A DNA stretch of 49,456 bases, from positions 1 through 49,456 of IMG/VR virus record IMGVR_UViG_3300034357_000413; one strand, given 5' to 3'. Each line of letters begins with the position of its first letter. Position 1 is the first letter of the stretch. The stretch comes from a virus. Its lineage: Duplodnaviria; Caudoviricetes. A program made the translations under genes and the position numbers. The notes under the pieces are model-generated. The model had not been told where the DNA came from, did no database searches, and was given only the letters and a program-made list of their open reading frames with translations. Shown here piece by piece: positions 1 to 9,376 of this stretch.

Positions 1-1
1 C

Positions 2-292
2 GCTGTTTTTTCAAGCCTGACCGACGACCGCGGGCTTGTCACCATAACGGCGATCAAGCTGATGTACGTCAAGAATTCAGGCGCTAACTCCTTGCAGCTA
101 TTTCCTACGAGCTGGAGCAACGGCCCGTTTGCAGGAAGCATCACTCTCCCGCCGGGGTCTGCGGTCACCTTCGTATGCCCAACGGCAGACGGCTGGGCGA
201 CGACGAGCAACAACGCATCGCTCGTGATCGAAACACCGGGTCAAGCAAGCACCGTCGAAGTCGTCTTCATCGGCGAGGGGACGATCACATGA
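2..292 (+). CDS. 5'-truncated small virion/structural protein, function unknown
   Basis: Frame is open from base 2 (AVFSSLTDDRGLVTITAIKLMYVKN...); stop overlaps the next ATG (ATGA). Confidence 0.6.
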   Translation, partial: AVFSSLTDDRGLVTITAIKLMYVKNSGANSLQLFPTSWSNGPFAGSITLPPGSAVTFVCPTADGWATTSNNASLVIETPGQASTVEVVFIGEGTIT

Positions 293-606
293 TCTCCGCA
301 GGAACGATGAACGAACGAGTGTCGCTCCTGGCTCCGACGGAGTCCCGTAGCCCCACGGGCGAAGCCACCCTGACGTTCGTGACCGACACGACGGTGTGGG
401 CCGAGGTCGAGGGCTTGTCGAGCCGCGACATCTTCCAGGCCCAGCAGGCCGACGTCGTCGCCAGCCATCGAATCCGCATCCGGCACAACCCAAACGTGAC
501 CTACCAGTATCGGGTTCTGTGGCGGGGCAGAACGATGGAAGTCGCCAGCATCACCGACCGATACGGCCGAACCATGTCTGAACTCCTGGTCAGGGAGGTG
601 CTCTGA
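289..606 (+). CDS. Head closure / head-tail adaptor (SPP1 gp16-like)
   Basis: MISAGTMNERVSLLAP...TVWAEV...HRIRIRH...RVLWRGR pattern; position at the start of the neck operon; start moved to ATG 289. Confidence 0.85.
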   Translation: MISAGTMNERVSLLAPTESRSPTGEATLTFVTDTTVWAEVEGLSSRDIFQAQQADVVASHRIRIRHNPNVTYQYRVLWRGRTMEVASITDRYGRTMSELLVREVL

Positions 607-1376
607 TGGCTATCAACCAGGGCCAAGGGGCTCCTCGGAGCGTCGGCGGCGAGACATCGGTCAACAAGACGAATGCCTTCGTCAATATCCAGACAGCCGG
701 CGCCAGGGAACTGGCCCTGGAGCTAGAGCGGGTCGCAGGGGCTATGGCTCTGCCGGGTTTGCTCAAGAAGGCTACGGCGCAGGCGTCGAAGCCGATCTTC
801 GACGACTACAAGGCTCTGGTGTCGAAGCCGTTCGCGGCCGGCAGCGGCGGCGCCACCGGGAACCTCGCCAAGAGCGTGAAAACCAAGTCGGTGGAATACC
901 AGGCCGGAAAGGTCGGAGTCTCGATCACCGGCCCGCAGAGCACGGGCAACCGCGGGGCCGACGAGCGTGACGGCAGTGGGAATCACGCCTGGCTGGTCGA
1001 GTTCGGAACGGAGCGCCGCCGCCCCGGAACCCAAGGGCGCAGAACCTACGTCAACGTGCATCAGGCGATCAACGGGAAGATGAAGCGAACGGGGACGATG
1101 AACGACGAGGAGTTCGCTCGGAAGGGGCGCGGCTACTACTTCCTGATGGGCTCGGTCAACGAGCCAACCCGCCAAGGCGGCAGCGGGAAAGGCTATTCGC
1201 ACGACTTCGCCAGCATCAACGGGCGGAAGCAGCACCCGATCACGCTCCAGCCGGGTGAGACGATTGACCCCATGCCGGCCTACGCCCCCATGCAGGACAC
1301 GATCACGGCGAACTACCGGGATGTCCAGACGGCTCTCTTTGCCGCCCTCCAGGCCCAGATCAACAGGTACATCTGA
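606..1376 (+). CDS. HK97 gp10-like neck/tail-completion protein
   Basis: TGNLAKSV and HAWLVEFGT motifs; lies between head closure and terminator genes. Confidence 0.75.
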   Translation: MAINQGQGAPRSVGGETSVNKTNAFVNIQTAGARELALELERVAGAMALPGLLKKATAQASKPIFDDYKALVSKPFAAGSGGATGNLAKSVKTKSVEYQAGKVGVSITGPQSTGNRGADERDGSGNHAWLVEFGTERRRPGTQGRRTYVNVHQAINGKMKRTGTMNDEEFARKGRGYYFLMGSVNEPTRQGGSGKGYSHDFASINGRKQHPITLQPGETIDPMPAYAPMQDTITANYRDVQTALFAALQAQINRYI

Positions 1377-1804
1377 TGCTCGTCTCCCCTGAGAAACACG
1401 TCTATCTAAAGCTGATTTCGACGCCTGGAGTGGCCCGACTGGTGGGCTTCCACGTCTATCCGATCGCCGTGCCGAAGACGGGGGCCAGCCTGCCGTTCAT
1501 CGTCTACAAGCGGTCGAACATCTCCAGGGAAGCATCCCTAAGCGGCCCCATGTTCATGCCCACCTTGAGCCTCCAGATTGCCGCGTGGGCGTTGTCTTAT
1601 GACACCGTCCGGACGCTGGCCGACGAGGTGCGGCTGGCCCTGGATGGTCACACCGGCACACTAGCGAATGCTACAATCGAAGATATGAGGTTGGTATCCG
1701 AAACGGATGACTTCCTCGACCCGACGGTGGCTGGGGCTCAGTTGCCTCCGGCCTATGAGGTCAGGCAACTGTATCAAATCATGTGGCAGGAATCTGCCAT
1801 CTAG
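1376..1804 (+). CDS. Tail terminator (gp17/DUF3168-like)
   Basis: VYPIAVP...LPFIVY...LQIAAWALSY...LADEVRLALDG pattern; synteny. Confidence 0.8.
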   Translation: MLVSPEKHVYLKLISTPGVARLVGFHVYPIAVPKTGASLPFIVYKRSNISREASLSGPMFMPTLSLQIAAWALSYDTVRTLADEVRLALDGHTGTLANATIEDMRLVSETDDFLDPTVAGAQLPPAYEVRQLYQIMWQESAI

Positions 1805-1828
1805 TAACGGCGCAAGGAGGCGCGATAC

Positions 1829-2161
1829 ATGGGAACTTCAGCACAGGGACTTACCTTCACGTTTGCCAGCTCGGCTGTCACCGTCACCTCGGTTCAGGTC
1901 AATGACTCGCAAGACCTCCTCGACGCGACCCACCTCGGTGTCGCCCCGAATGCTCGCCGACTCTTCGTCGGCGGTTTCGCAACCGAGCGAGAAGTGCAGA
2001 TCGACTACATCTCGACGACCATCCTCTCGGCCGGCACGTCGGGTGCTCTTGCCATCTCCGGCCCGCTGTCGATCACTGGCAACGCGACGATCTCCAGTGC
2101 GTCCATCGGCGGCTCTGTGGGCGACTTCATCCGAGGGTCGGCCACGTTCCGGCTCGCCTGA
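1829..2161 (+). CDS. Tail-tube-like protein, copy 1
   Basis: Follows the terminator; small beta-rich protein with D-x-T-H-L-G and a C-terminal GSATFRL; strong AAGGAGG SD. Confidence 0.65.
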   Translation: MGTSAQGLTFTFASSAVTVTSVQVNDSQDLLDATHLGVAPNARRLFVGGFATEREVQIDYISTTILSAGTSGALAISGPLSITGNATISSASIGGSVGDFIRGSATFRLA

Positions 2162-2184
2162 CGCCTGCCTGACAGGAGGCGTCT

Positions 2185-2586
2185 GTGGCTATTTCGTCGC
2201 ATGGAACGACGTTCTCGTTCTCCAGCGATCAAGACTTCGTCTCCGGCCAGGTGACCTCGATCTCGATCGAGGAGGCCCAGCCCGAAGTCGTCGACATGAC
2301 CGATATCGGCGACCCTCTCGGTGGTCGCCGAATTATGGCGACCGGCGACGTTCTCACGCCGCCGAAGGTCACCATAGAGTTCATGCGAAGGCAGGGCGAC
2401 CTGTCGAACTTCCCTCCCGGCTTCTCGACAGAAACGAGAGGGTATGTGGAGGGCAACCTCGTCATTTCCTGCCCCTCCTTCGCGATCAATCAGCAGGCCG
2501 TCCTGGACAGCGCCTCGACGGACATGGCCGTCGGCGATGTCATCCGCGGGAAAATGTCATTCACGATCAGCAGAATCTCTTACTGA
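2185..2586 (+). CDS. Tail-tube-like protein, copy 2 (paralogue)
   Basis: GTG start after AGGAGG; aligns by eye with copy 1 (GTTFSF/GLTFTF, VTSI/VTSV, VGDVIRG/VGDFIRG). Confidence 0.6.
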   Translation: MAISSHGTTFSFSSDQDFVSGQVTSISIEEAQPEVVDMTDIGDPLGGRRIMATGDVLTPPKVTIEFMRRQGDLSNFPPGFSTETRGYVEGNLVISCPSFAINQQAVLDSASTDMAVGDVIRGKMSFTISRISY

Positions 2587-2627
2587 TGTCGGCATGAGGC
2601 CGCAAGAACCTACAGGAACAGACAATC

Positions 2628-2966
2628 ATGGCCGCCGACCTTCGTAGCCGAATCCTCGCCGCCGACGATATCAAGATCGAGAAGATTTCCATTCCCGAGT
2701 GGGGTGGCGACTACTTCGTCAAGATCATCAGCGGCACCGACCGTGACGCATTCGAGGAGTCCTACTCCGAACAGAAGATGAAGGCGTTTCGCGTCCGCTT
2801 CCTGGTGCTGTGCCTCTGCGAAGAGAACGGCAATCGGCTGTTCAAGGACGAGGACGCCCCGGAGCTGGGCAAGAAGTCGAGCGTCGTGATCAACCGAGTC
2901 TTCGAGTCGGCGTGGAAGATCAACGCCTTCACGCCGGAGGCCGTGGAAGCCCTGGGAAAAGAATGA
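2628..2966 (+). CDS. Tail assembly chaperone G
   Basis: IPEWGGDYFVK...CEENGNRLF pattern; ends LGKE with a slippery site; directly upstream of the tape measure gene. Confidence 0.85.
   Translation: MAADLRSRILAADDIKIEKISIPEWGGDYFVKIISGTDRDAFEESYSEQKMKAFRVRFLVLCLCEENGNRLFKDEDAPELGKKSSVVINRVFESAWKINAFTPEAVEALGKE
2954..2960 (+). other. Programmed -1 ribosomal frameshift site G GGA AAA
   Basis: XXXYYYZ heptamer in the correct phase two codons before the G stop; the -1 frame is open to 3277. Confidence 0.85.
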
Positions 2967-3277
2967 TGACCGACAGACCCGAGCGGAGGTTTTACCTCCG
3001 CTTGGCTCTGTGCCTGGGGATGTCGGTCAAGCGGTTGTTGCAGGAGGTCGATAGCGAGGAGATCGCTGAGTGGTATGCGTTCGACCAGCGGTATCCGCTG
3101 CCGGACCATTGGGCTCAGACGGCAAGGGTGTGTCGGATCATCATGGCCGCCAGCGGAAACTACAAGAAACGAGATATCCCCGACGAAGCGGCATTCATGC
3201 CCAGGGCCATTAGGCCAGAGCAGACAGAGGAGCAGATGCTGTCTGAACTGATGAAGCTCCAGAATCCTCAAGGATGA
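2960..3277 (+). CDS. Tail assembly chaperone T portion (GT fusion via -1 frameshift)
   Basis: RRFYLRLALCLGMSVKRLLQEVDSEEIAEWYAF pattern; -1 frame relative to G. Confidence 0.8.
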   Translation, partial: RMMTDRPERRFYLRLALCLGMSVKRLLQEVDSEEIAEWYAFDQRYPLPDHWAQTARVCRIIMAASGNYKKRDIPDEAAFMPRAIRPEQTEEQMLSELMKLQNPQG

Positions 3278-3281
3278 GGCG

Positions 3282-6200
3282 ATGGCTAAGGCATATCTCG
3301 GCAAAATCTCCGCGATCGTCACGGCGAATACGTCGGATTTCAACTCCAAGCTGAATGCTTCGGCGAAGGAGGTTCGCTCCTTCGCCGCGTCGATGCAGTC
3401 GACGCTTAACACGGCCTCATCTGCCGCGCAAGCGTCTCTACGCGGCATCTACACCGAGTCGCAGAAGGTTTCGCGAGCCCTTCAGGCAGCCGCATCGCAA
3501 AGACTGTCATTCAAGGGCTTCGACACTAGCTCCTTTGCGTCTCTTTCGCAGGCCGTCGATCAGTTCAAGCGGATTCAGCAGGCGGCCGTCAGCGTCAATG
3601 AGCCCTTGAGTGAGGCGGCCAGGACGGTCGAGAGGCTTTCTGCCAGCGTGCAGATATCGTTCGACCCGGCGATGAAGTCGGCCCAGAAGAGTGCCGAGTA
3701 CCTGAACGCAGCACTGTCCCGCGGTGGCATCGTCGGAGAGAAGTCGTTCGAGCGCATCCGCCTGAAGGCCGAGCAGGCGGCGCAGGCCGCTGACAGGCTG
3801 GCCGAAGCCTCGCAGATAGCATCATCCGGCCCGAGAGGGACGGAACTGGCGTTCCAAGACCCGCGGCTGAGAGACTCCCTGACGGCGTCGGCTGACCTCC
3901 GGAGGCGAGCGCAGAATGCGTCGGCCGGAGTCCTCGGCGACGGCAACGTCGGCAGGCTTGTCCAGCAACTGAGAAACCTTGACGAGGTTGCCGTTCGGAC
4001 ACGGGCCGAGATTGAATCGCAGAAGGTTCTGAACGTCGACACATCGGCTGCGGAGAAGCGACTGAGGGATATTCTTGAGACTTCGAGGAGAACTGGCGCC
4101 GCACTTCAGGGCGCGCTGAACTCCGAAGAAATCGAGGCGTCCATAGGCCAGTTTTCGCGGCGTGCCACTCCAGTCGGTAATCTCCTGCGGCAGAGGCAAG
4201 AAGACGAGCGGCGTCGACGAGACGAGGAGATCGAAGCGTCGGTGGGCCAGTTCTCTCGCCGCGCCACTCCAGTCGGCGATCTTCTTCGGCAGAGACAAGA
4301 GGACGAGCAGCGTCGACGAGACGCAGAGATTGAAGCGTCGGTGGGCCAGTTCTCTCGCCGCGCCTCGTCAATCAACCCGCCAGAAAACTTGGAGCGAGAT
4401 GCCCGCAGCCGCACGGGCGGCGACATCCCCGGCGGCAGCGGCCCGCTCGGCGACCGTCTTGAAACCGGCCGACAGGTCGACAACGTCATCAATCGAGTCG
4501 CAGCCCTCCGGCAGCAGATCGATTCGCTGCCTGACTCAATCCGGTCGCAGTTCATCCCGTCCCTCCAGCGTGCTACGGACGAGGCCGCAGCTCTCGGAAG
4601 CAGGGGTTTCGCTGCCACGGCGGCCCAAATCCGCAACGCGGCCAATGAGGCCAGGCGGCTTGAGCAGGGAGTTGCCAGGGCGCAGCGAGGGCAGGGCTTC
4701 AGTTCCCAGTTCGGTGCCGAAGGTCGCCGGGGCGTAGAGTTCGGCCTTCAGGAGCAGAGCCTGCGGGGATACACGGCGCAGCTTCAAGTCCTCCAGCAAG
4801 TTCTGTCCGGAGTATCGACGACTGCCCGCGGGCCAGCAACCGGCGCTTTCGACCGGCTCAGGACTGCCATCTCCCAGGCAGCCGCAGACGGCACTCTCGA
4901 CCTTCGCGGAACTCGCCAAGAGATCGAGCGACTGACGCGGGAGGCCGTAGGAGCCGCTGCGGGGGTGGCTCAGATAAACCCAGCAGGCTTAGGCCGTAGA
5001 CTTCAAAGAGCCGGCGATATCGGCCGCGGAGCATTCGGGAACCTTGGCCTGGGCATTCAGCAGGCTGTCTTCGCCTTCGATGACTTTTTCTCCGTCACCG
5101 GCGGCCTCGACCAGCGGATCAGGGCGGCAGGGAACAACATCTCGCAGCTCGGCTTCGTCCTCGGCGGGACCGCGGGCCTCATTACCGGCGTTGCAGTGTC
5201 TATCACGGCCCAGCTCGTCGTCGCTCTCATCAAGTGGCAGAACGCCGGCGTCGGCACTGAGGACCGCCTGAAGTCACTGAACGACGCTCTCTCCAAACAG
5301 AAGTCCCTCGTCGAAGACCTAGCCAATGCCTTTAAAACGATTGCCGACGAGATCGCCCGCATCGGCTTCTCGAAGGCAGGGGCCGACGCAGCTCAGTTCC
5401 AGCGACAGCTTGATGACATCCGGAAGAAGCAGCGGGAGTTCAATCAGGAACGATTCGCAGAACTCGACCCAGACGTCCAGCGGGAGAGGGGCGTTATTGC
5501 ATCCAGGGAGGCTCGTCTCGCCAAAGAGGAAGACCCCGCCACTAGGCTCAGGCTCCAGGAAGAGATTAACGACGCCAGGCGTAGGGAAGCCGAGGCGGCG
5601 ACAAGGGCTAGGGGCGCAGCGCCAATCACGGCAGCCGAGGCTGCGAGAGTCGCGGTGGAGGCCAGAAGGGCTCGCGAAGTTCAAATAGCACGAGAGATTG
5701 AATCTCCAAACGAAGAGGCTGGCGCGAACAACAGGGCTAGGCAGAGGCAAGAAGACATCGACCAGAGGCTGGGTGCGGCTTCAGGGGAGCAAGAGAGGCG
5801 AGAAATTGCCAGGGATCAGCTTTTGTTTGAGAAGAACAGGCTAGAGAGAGAAGCAAGGTCGAATGATTTCTTCGGAGCAGACATCCTTGGCGGGGGAAGC
5901 AGCAACTCCGAGCAACTGGCGGCCGTAAACCTCGCGATTAGGCAACTTGATCAATCAATAGTCGACGCCGCCAACCGCCTGGAAGTCGAAACCGCCAGCG
6001 CCGCCATCGGGGCGGCAAAGCAGATCGGGCTCGCCCAGGCCAAGGTAGCCGACGCCATCGAGGCAGGCGTTCCTGGAGCCGTCGGCCTCCAGGTGCAGCT
6101 TGACGGCCTGACGCAGCAACTCTTCGACGCCCAGAGCGAACTGGCCGCCGCCCAGGCTAGGGCAAGAGGCCCAGGAGGAACTGGCGCAGACCTCGGCGCG

Positions 6201-7160
6201 GCTACGAAGGCCCGCGACGAAGTGGCTCGCATCCAGGATTCCATCAATCAGCGAGACGGCGAGATCAAGGCCATCGAGGCATCGCGTCGAGCCCTTGAGT
6301 TATTCGCCACCGCGTTTGAGAAGGTCAGGCAGGAAGCCGAGAGCAACCTCCAGGCAGCCGAGAGCGCTCGCGACCAAGCGCGCGGCGATGACCTTGAGCG
6401 GGGGACGGCAGGATCGCGGCAGGGGCTGGATCGGGCGCAAAGCGACCTTGACCGCCAGACTGAAGCCCGCAATAGAGTGCGAAGAGAAACCGCCAGGGCA
6501 GAAGAAGAAGCTCGCCAGGACGAGGGAGTTCGCCGCCGCGAGGAGGAGATAGCTCGGATAGACAGCCAGTTGTCGTCATCTGGTGTGCTCGCTCCAGGGC
6601 AGCGAGATGGTTTGATAGCCCGTCGGGAAGAACTCCGTCAGCAAAACGAATCAAGTGTTCAGAATGCTGTCAACAACGACCCAGGTGTCGCTACCGCACG
6701 GGATCAGTCGACCGCAGAAGAACGTCGCCGGCAGTCTGCCGAGCGAGGCCGGCAGGCATCGCAAACTTCTGCCCAAAAAGCCGGCGAGGAGCTGGCAAAC
6801 ACACTCCGCGACATTCGCGCCAACTTCGAGGCCCAGCCGGGTGGTGCTGCCGGAAACGCCGCCGCCGCGGCTGACGCCAGCCGCCGAGCTGCCCAGGACG
6901 CCATGCGCCAAACCGCCCCTGCCATCTTTGGCATGGCCGACGCGGTCCAGAACGCCGTCCTTCAGGGGCCGTCCAGAGCCGCTCTCCAGGCTTCCGACGT
7001 GACGACGATGCAAGGAGCCTCAGAACTCAACCGGCTCATCAGGGGCGACGATTCGGCGAAGAACGTAGATACCGTCGAACTCCAGAAGCAGAGCAAGGCA
7101 CTGGAGCAGCTCGTTGCCATCGCCCAGGCGAATGGCGCCCCACCAGCAGTCTTCAACTAA
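3282..7160 (+). CDS. Tape measure protein (1292 aa)
   Basis: Longest ORF, follows G/T; N-terminal LGKISAIVTANTSDF; Ala/Gln/Arg-rich helical sequence with a central hydrophobic segment. Confidence 0.92.
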   Translation: MAKAYLGKISAIVTANTSDFNSKLNASAKEVRSFAASMQSTLNTASSAAQASLRGIYTESQKVSRALQAAASQRLSFKGFDTSSFASLSQAVDQFKRIQQAAVSVNEPLSEAARTVERLSASVQISFDPAMKSAQKSAEYLNAALSRGGIVGEKSFERIRLKAEQAAQAADRLAEASQIASSGPRGTELAFQDPRLRDSLTASADLRRRAQNASAGVLGDGNVGRLVQQLRNLDEVAVRTRAEIESQKVLNVDTSAAEKRLRDILETSRRTGAALQGALNSEEIEASIGQFSRRATPVGNLLRQRQEDERRRRDEEIEASVGQFSRRATPVGDLLRQRQEDEQRRRDAEIEASVGQFSRRASSINPPENLERDARSRTGGDIPGGSGPLGDRLETGRQVDNVINRVAALRQQIDSLPDSIRSQFIPSLQRATDEAAALGSRGFAATAAQIRNAANEARRLEQGVARAQRGQGFSSQFGAEGRRGVEFGLQEQSLRGYTAQLQVLQQVLSGVSTTARGPATGAFDRLRTAISQAAADGTLDLRGTRQEIERLTREAVGAAAGVAQINPAGLGRRLQRAGDIGRGAFGNLGLGIQQAVFAFDDFFSVTGGLDQRIRAAGNNISQLGFVLGGTAGLITGVAVSITAQLVVALIKWQNAGVGTEDRLKSLNDALSKQKSLVEDLANAFKTIADEIARIGFSKAGADAAQFQRQLDDIRKKQREFNQERFAELDPDVQRERGVIASREARLAKEEDPATRLRLQEEINDARRREAEAATRARGAAPITAAEAARVAVEARRAREVQIAREIESPNEEAGANNRARQRQEDIDQRLGAASGEQERREIARDQLLFEKNRLEREARSNDFFGADILGGGSSNSEQLAAVNLAIRQLDQSIVDAANRLEVETASAAIGAAKQIGLAQAKVADAIEAGVPGAVGLQVQLDGLTQQLFDAQSELAAAQARARGPGGTGADLGAATKARDEVARIQDSINQRDGEIKAIEASRRALELFATAFEKVRQEAESNLQAAESARDQARGDDLERGTAGSRQGLDRAQSDLDRQTEARNRVRRETARAEEEARQDEGVRRREEEIARIDSQLSSSGVLAPGQRDGLIARREELRQQNESSVQNAVNNDPGVATARDQSTAEERRRQSAERGRQASQTSAQKAGEELANTLRDIRANFEAQPGGAAGNAAAAADASRRAAQDAMRQTAPAIFGMADAVQNAVLQGPSRAALQASDVTTMQGASELNRLIRGDDSAKNVDTVELQKQSKALEQLVAIAQANGAPPAVFN
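4125..4364 (+). repeat. 99-bp (33-aa) tandem repeat, about 2.4 copies, inside the tape measure gene
   Basis: EEIEASIGQFSRRATPVGNLLRQRQEDERRRRD repeated at 4125 and 4224, partial copy at 4323. Confidence 0.9.
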
Positions 7161-7178
7161 GTAAACTAGGAGCCTACG

Positions 7179-7547
7179 ATGGCAGATATCTCATATAGTG
7201 TCGCGGTCAAGGTGGAAAAGGGATTCCTTTCCAACAACATCAACGCCAACGGCGTCACGGCGGCCATGACCCTCACGGGTCTGAAAAGCGACACCTACAC
7301 GCTTTCGACGAACGCTTCCAGCATCTCAACGGCGAATCTAGGAACCGTCGGCCTGGGGTTCCTCCGGAACCTCTCGACAGCCACGGCAGCCACGGTGCAG
7401 ATCGGCATCGAGGCTGGCGGATCGTTCGTCTCCTTCGCGACCCTACGGGCCGGCGAGCCGGCGGTCATGCGGCTCTCTACTGGCACGCAGTATCAGGTCA
7501 GAGGAACTGCCGGCGGCCGGCTCCGCGTAGACATTACGGAGGGCTGA
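7179..7547 (+). CDS. Small tail-associated protein, unknown function
   Basis: 122-aa beta-rich ORF with AGGAG SD right after the tape measure gene. Confidence 0.65.
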   Translation: MADISYSVAVKVEKGFLSNNINANGVTAAMTLTGLKSDTYTLSTNASSISTANLGTVGLGFLRNLSTATAATVQIGIEAGGSFVSFATLRAGEPAVMRLSTGTQYQVRGTAGGRLRVDITEG

Positions 7548-7550
7548 TAG

Positions 7551-8594
7551 ATGCCTCGTCGAGTCAGCGAAATATCTTCCGGCGGGCAGTTCTCGCGATC
7601 GAGCGAGGAAGGCCGCGTTGCCGACTCGCAGACCAGAGTATTCAAGATTCTCCTGAACCCCGGCGAGACGGCCGACCTTCAAGAGGCGTGCGGCGTCTTC
7701 ATCGGCGATCAGCACCCGTATAACGAGAACATCTACTGCACGTCGTTCAGCTCCCAGTGGGACGGCGAGAGCAGGACGGTTCTGGTCTGCACGTTTCAGT
7801 ATGCCTCGACGGCTGCGGCGTCCGGGGGAGAGTCGGGCCAAGACCCCAAGTCGTCGCCCCCTGACGTTAGGCCGTCGAACTGGACGACGAGCACGTCTCT
7901 GGTCGAGGTTCCGGCCCGCGAGTGGTATGTGGTTAATGACTCAGGGGTCGCCGCCGCGACAAAAACCCCCGCGAAGAACTCAGCCGACGATATGTATGAC
8001 GGCATCTCGTACCTGACGGCGATGGTGAACATCTCCGTCGATCAACTTGAGCCGACTGATCCAACCAGGCATATCTCGCACTGCGGGAAGGTGAACAGCG
8101 TTGAGATGTACCTGGGCTCTCTTACGATAGCCCCCAGGACGCTGATGTTTCGCGGTGTTTCGTGCAAGCCGACGGTGGAGTCGTGGGGCAGATTTATCTT
8201 CCGAGGCTGGGTTGCCACTTACGAGTTCGCCTACCGTTCCGACACATGGGACTTGCGGGTGCCTCAGTCGGGGCTGAATGTGAAGTGTGTTAACCCCGTC
8301 GGCGCCGGAGGAAACCAAGACATCTACGGGCAACCACTCAAGCACACCAATCAAGGAAAGATAAAAACAGACCCTATAACCGAGCTTGCCGAAACTCTAT
8401 TCGCCGGCGATAGGGCAAGAGCAATGGTGAGGGTTCACTCCTATGACAACGGCGGCGCTTCGCAGCTTCCTTCCGCCCAGCCAATCGCACTGAACGACGA
8501 CGGCACGCCCCGGCGGGGCGATCCGCTCGTGAAGCGATACTGCCCATACGATCAGATTGACCTAGCCCAAGTCCTCCAACTCCGGCTCACCTAA
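7551..8594 (+). CDS. Putative tail tip / distal tail protein
   Basis: 347-aa ORF in the post-tape-measure position; function from synteny only. Confidence 0.55.
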   Translation: MPRRVSEISSGGQFSRSSEEGRVADSQTRVFKILLNPGETADLQEACGVFIGDQHPYNENIYCTSFSSQWDGESRTVLVCTFQYASTAAASGGESGQDPKSSPPDVRPSNWTTSTSLVEVPAREWYVVNDSGVAAATKTPAKNSADDMYDGISYLTAMVNISVDQLEPTDPTRHISHCGKVNSVEMYLGSLTIAPRTLMFRGVSCKPTVESWGRFIFRGWVATYEFAYRSDTWDLRVPQSGLNVKCVNPVGAGGNQDIYGQPLKHTNQGKIKTDPITELAETLFAGDRARAMVRVHSYDNGGASQLPSAQPIALNDDGTPRRGDPLVKRYCPYDQIDLAQVLQLRLT

Positions 8595-9376
8595 TGGCAC
8601 AGCCAGAGCGTTACTTCATCGGGCCGAACGTCCGCGAGAAGCTGACGGAGGTATTTGCTCGCGTCGGCGGGATGCCGGAGGGCGGCGGCGGGGGGACGCC
8701 GGGAGCGCCTCTCCAGGATATTCAGCGACCGCAGAAGCGATCCAGGTACTTCAGAACCAACGAAGAACTTCCTGTTTGCAGCAGCGCGATGGGGACTGAG
8801 GTAGAGATATCCTCGCCTGACTGCATTCAAGTCCAGGATATCGAAGGAGCAGAGCCTGTAGAACTGTTCGACGTATCGAACAGCGTCCGCGTCTTCAACC
8901 TTGTGAAGCAGCGAGGCATAGACTTAGCGCTCCCGGTGGGCTCAATCATCGAGGCGATGGAGGAGCCCCAACTCTCTTCAGGAGAGCCTTTCTGGAGAAT
9001 CCTGCAAGTCTTGAGTTGCGACTGCGACGGTTCAATTTCGTCGTCGTCCAGTGGGCCGCCATCGTCCAGCGGGTCGTCTTCCAGTGGGCCGCCATCGTCC
9101 AGCGGGTCGTCTTCCAGTGGGCCGCCATCGTCCAGCGGGTCGTCGGGCAGCGGGTCGCCGTCGTCCAGCGGGTCGTCGTCCAGTGGGCCGCCGTCGTCCA
9201 GCGGGTCATCGGGCAGCGGGTTTTCTGACTCCAGCGGGTCATCGGGCAGCGGGTCATCGGGCAGCGGGTCATCGTCATCCGGAGACTCCAGAACAATCGA
9301 AGTAGTGACAGACGTGCAGTGCGTCAACGGCAGCATCGAAGTCACGAAAACAACAATCCTCGTGTCTGGTGGCTAA
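8594..9376 (+). CDS. Tail-associated protein with a long Ser/Gly/Pro repeat
   Basis: TAATG-coupled; about 80-aa SSSSGPPSSSG/GSSGS tract before a short C-terminal EVVTDVQCVNG segment. Confidence 0.7.
   Translation: MAQPERYFIGPNVREKLTEVFARVGGMPEGGGGGTPGAPLQDIQRPQKRSRYFRTNEELPVCSSAMGTEVEISSPDCIQVQDIEGAEPVELFDVSNSVRVFNLVKQRGIDLALPVGSIIEAMEEPQLSSGEPFWRILQVLSCDCDGSISSSSSGPPSSSGSSSSGPPSSSGSSSSGPPSSSGSSGSGSPSSSGSSSSGPPSSSGSSGSGFSDSSGSSGSGSSGSGSSSSGDSRTIEVVTDVQCVNGSIEVTKTTILVSGG
9038..9283 (+). repeat. Ser/Gly-coding tandem repeats (33-bp and 15-bp units)
   Basis: Units TCGTCGTCCAGTGGGCCGCCATCGTCCAGCGGG and TCGGGCAGCGGGTCA repeated. Confidence 0.9.

Noticed and set aside
8827-9345. Asp/Pro-repeat ORF (DDPLDDGG) on the minus strand
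   Set aside because: Antisense reading of the Ser/Gly repeat
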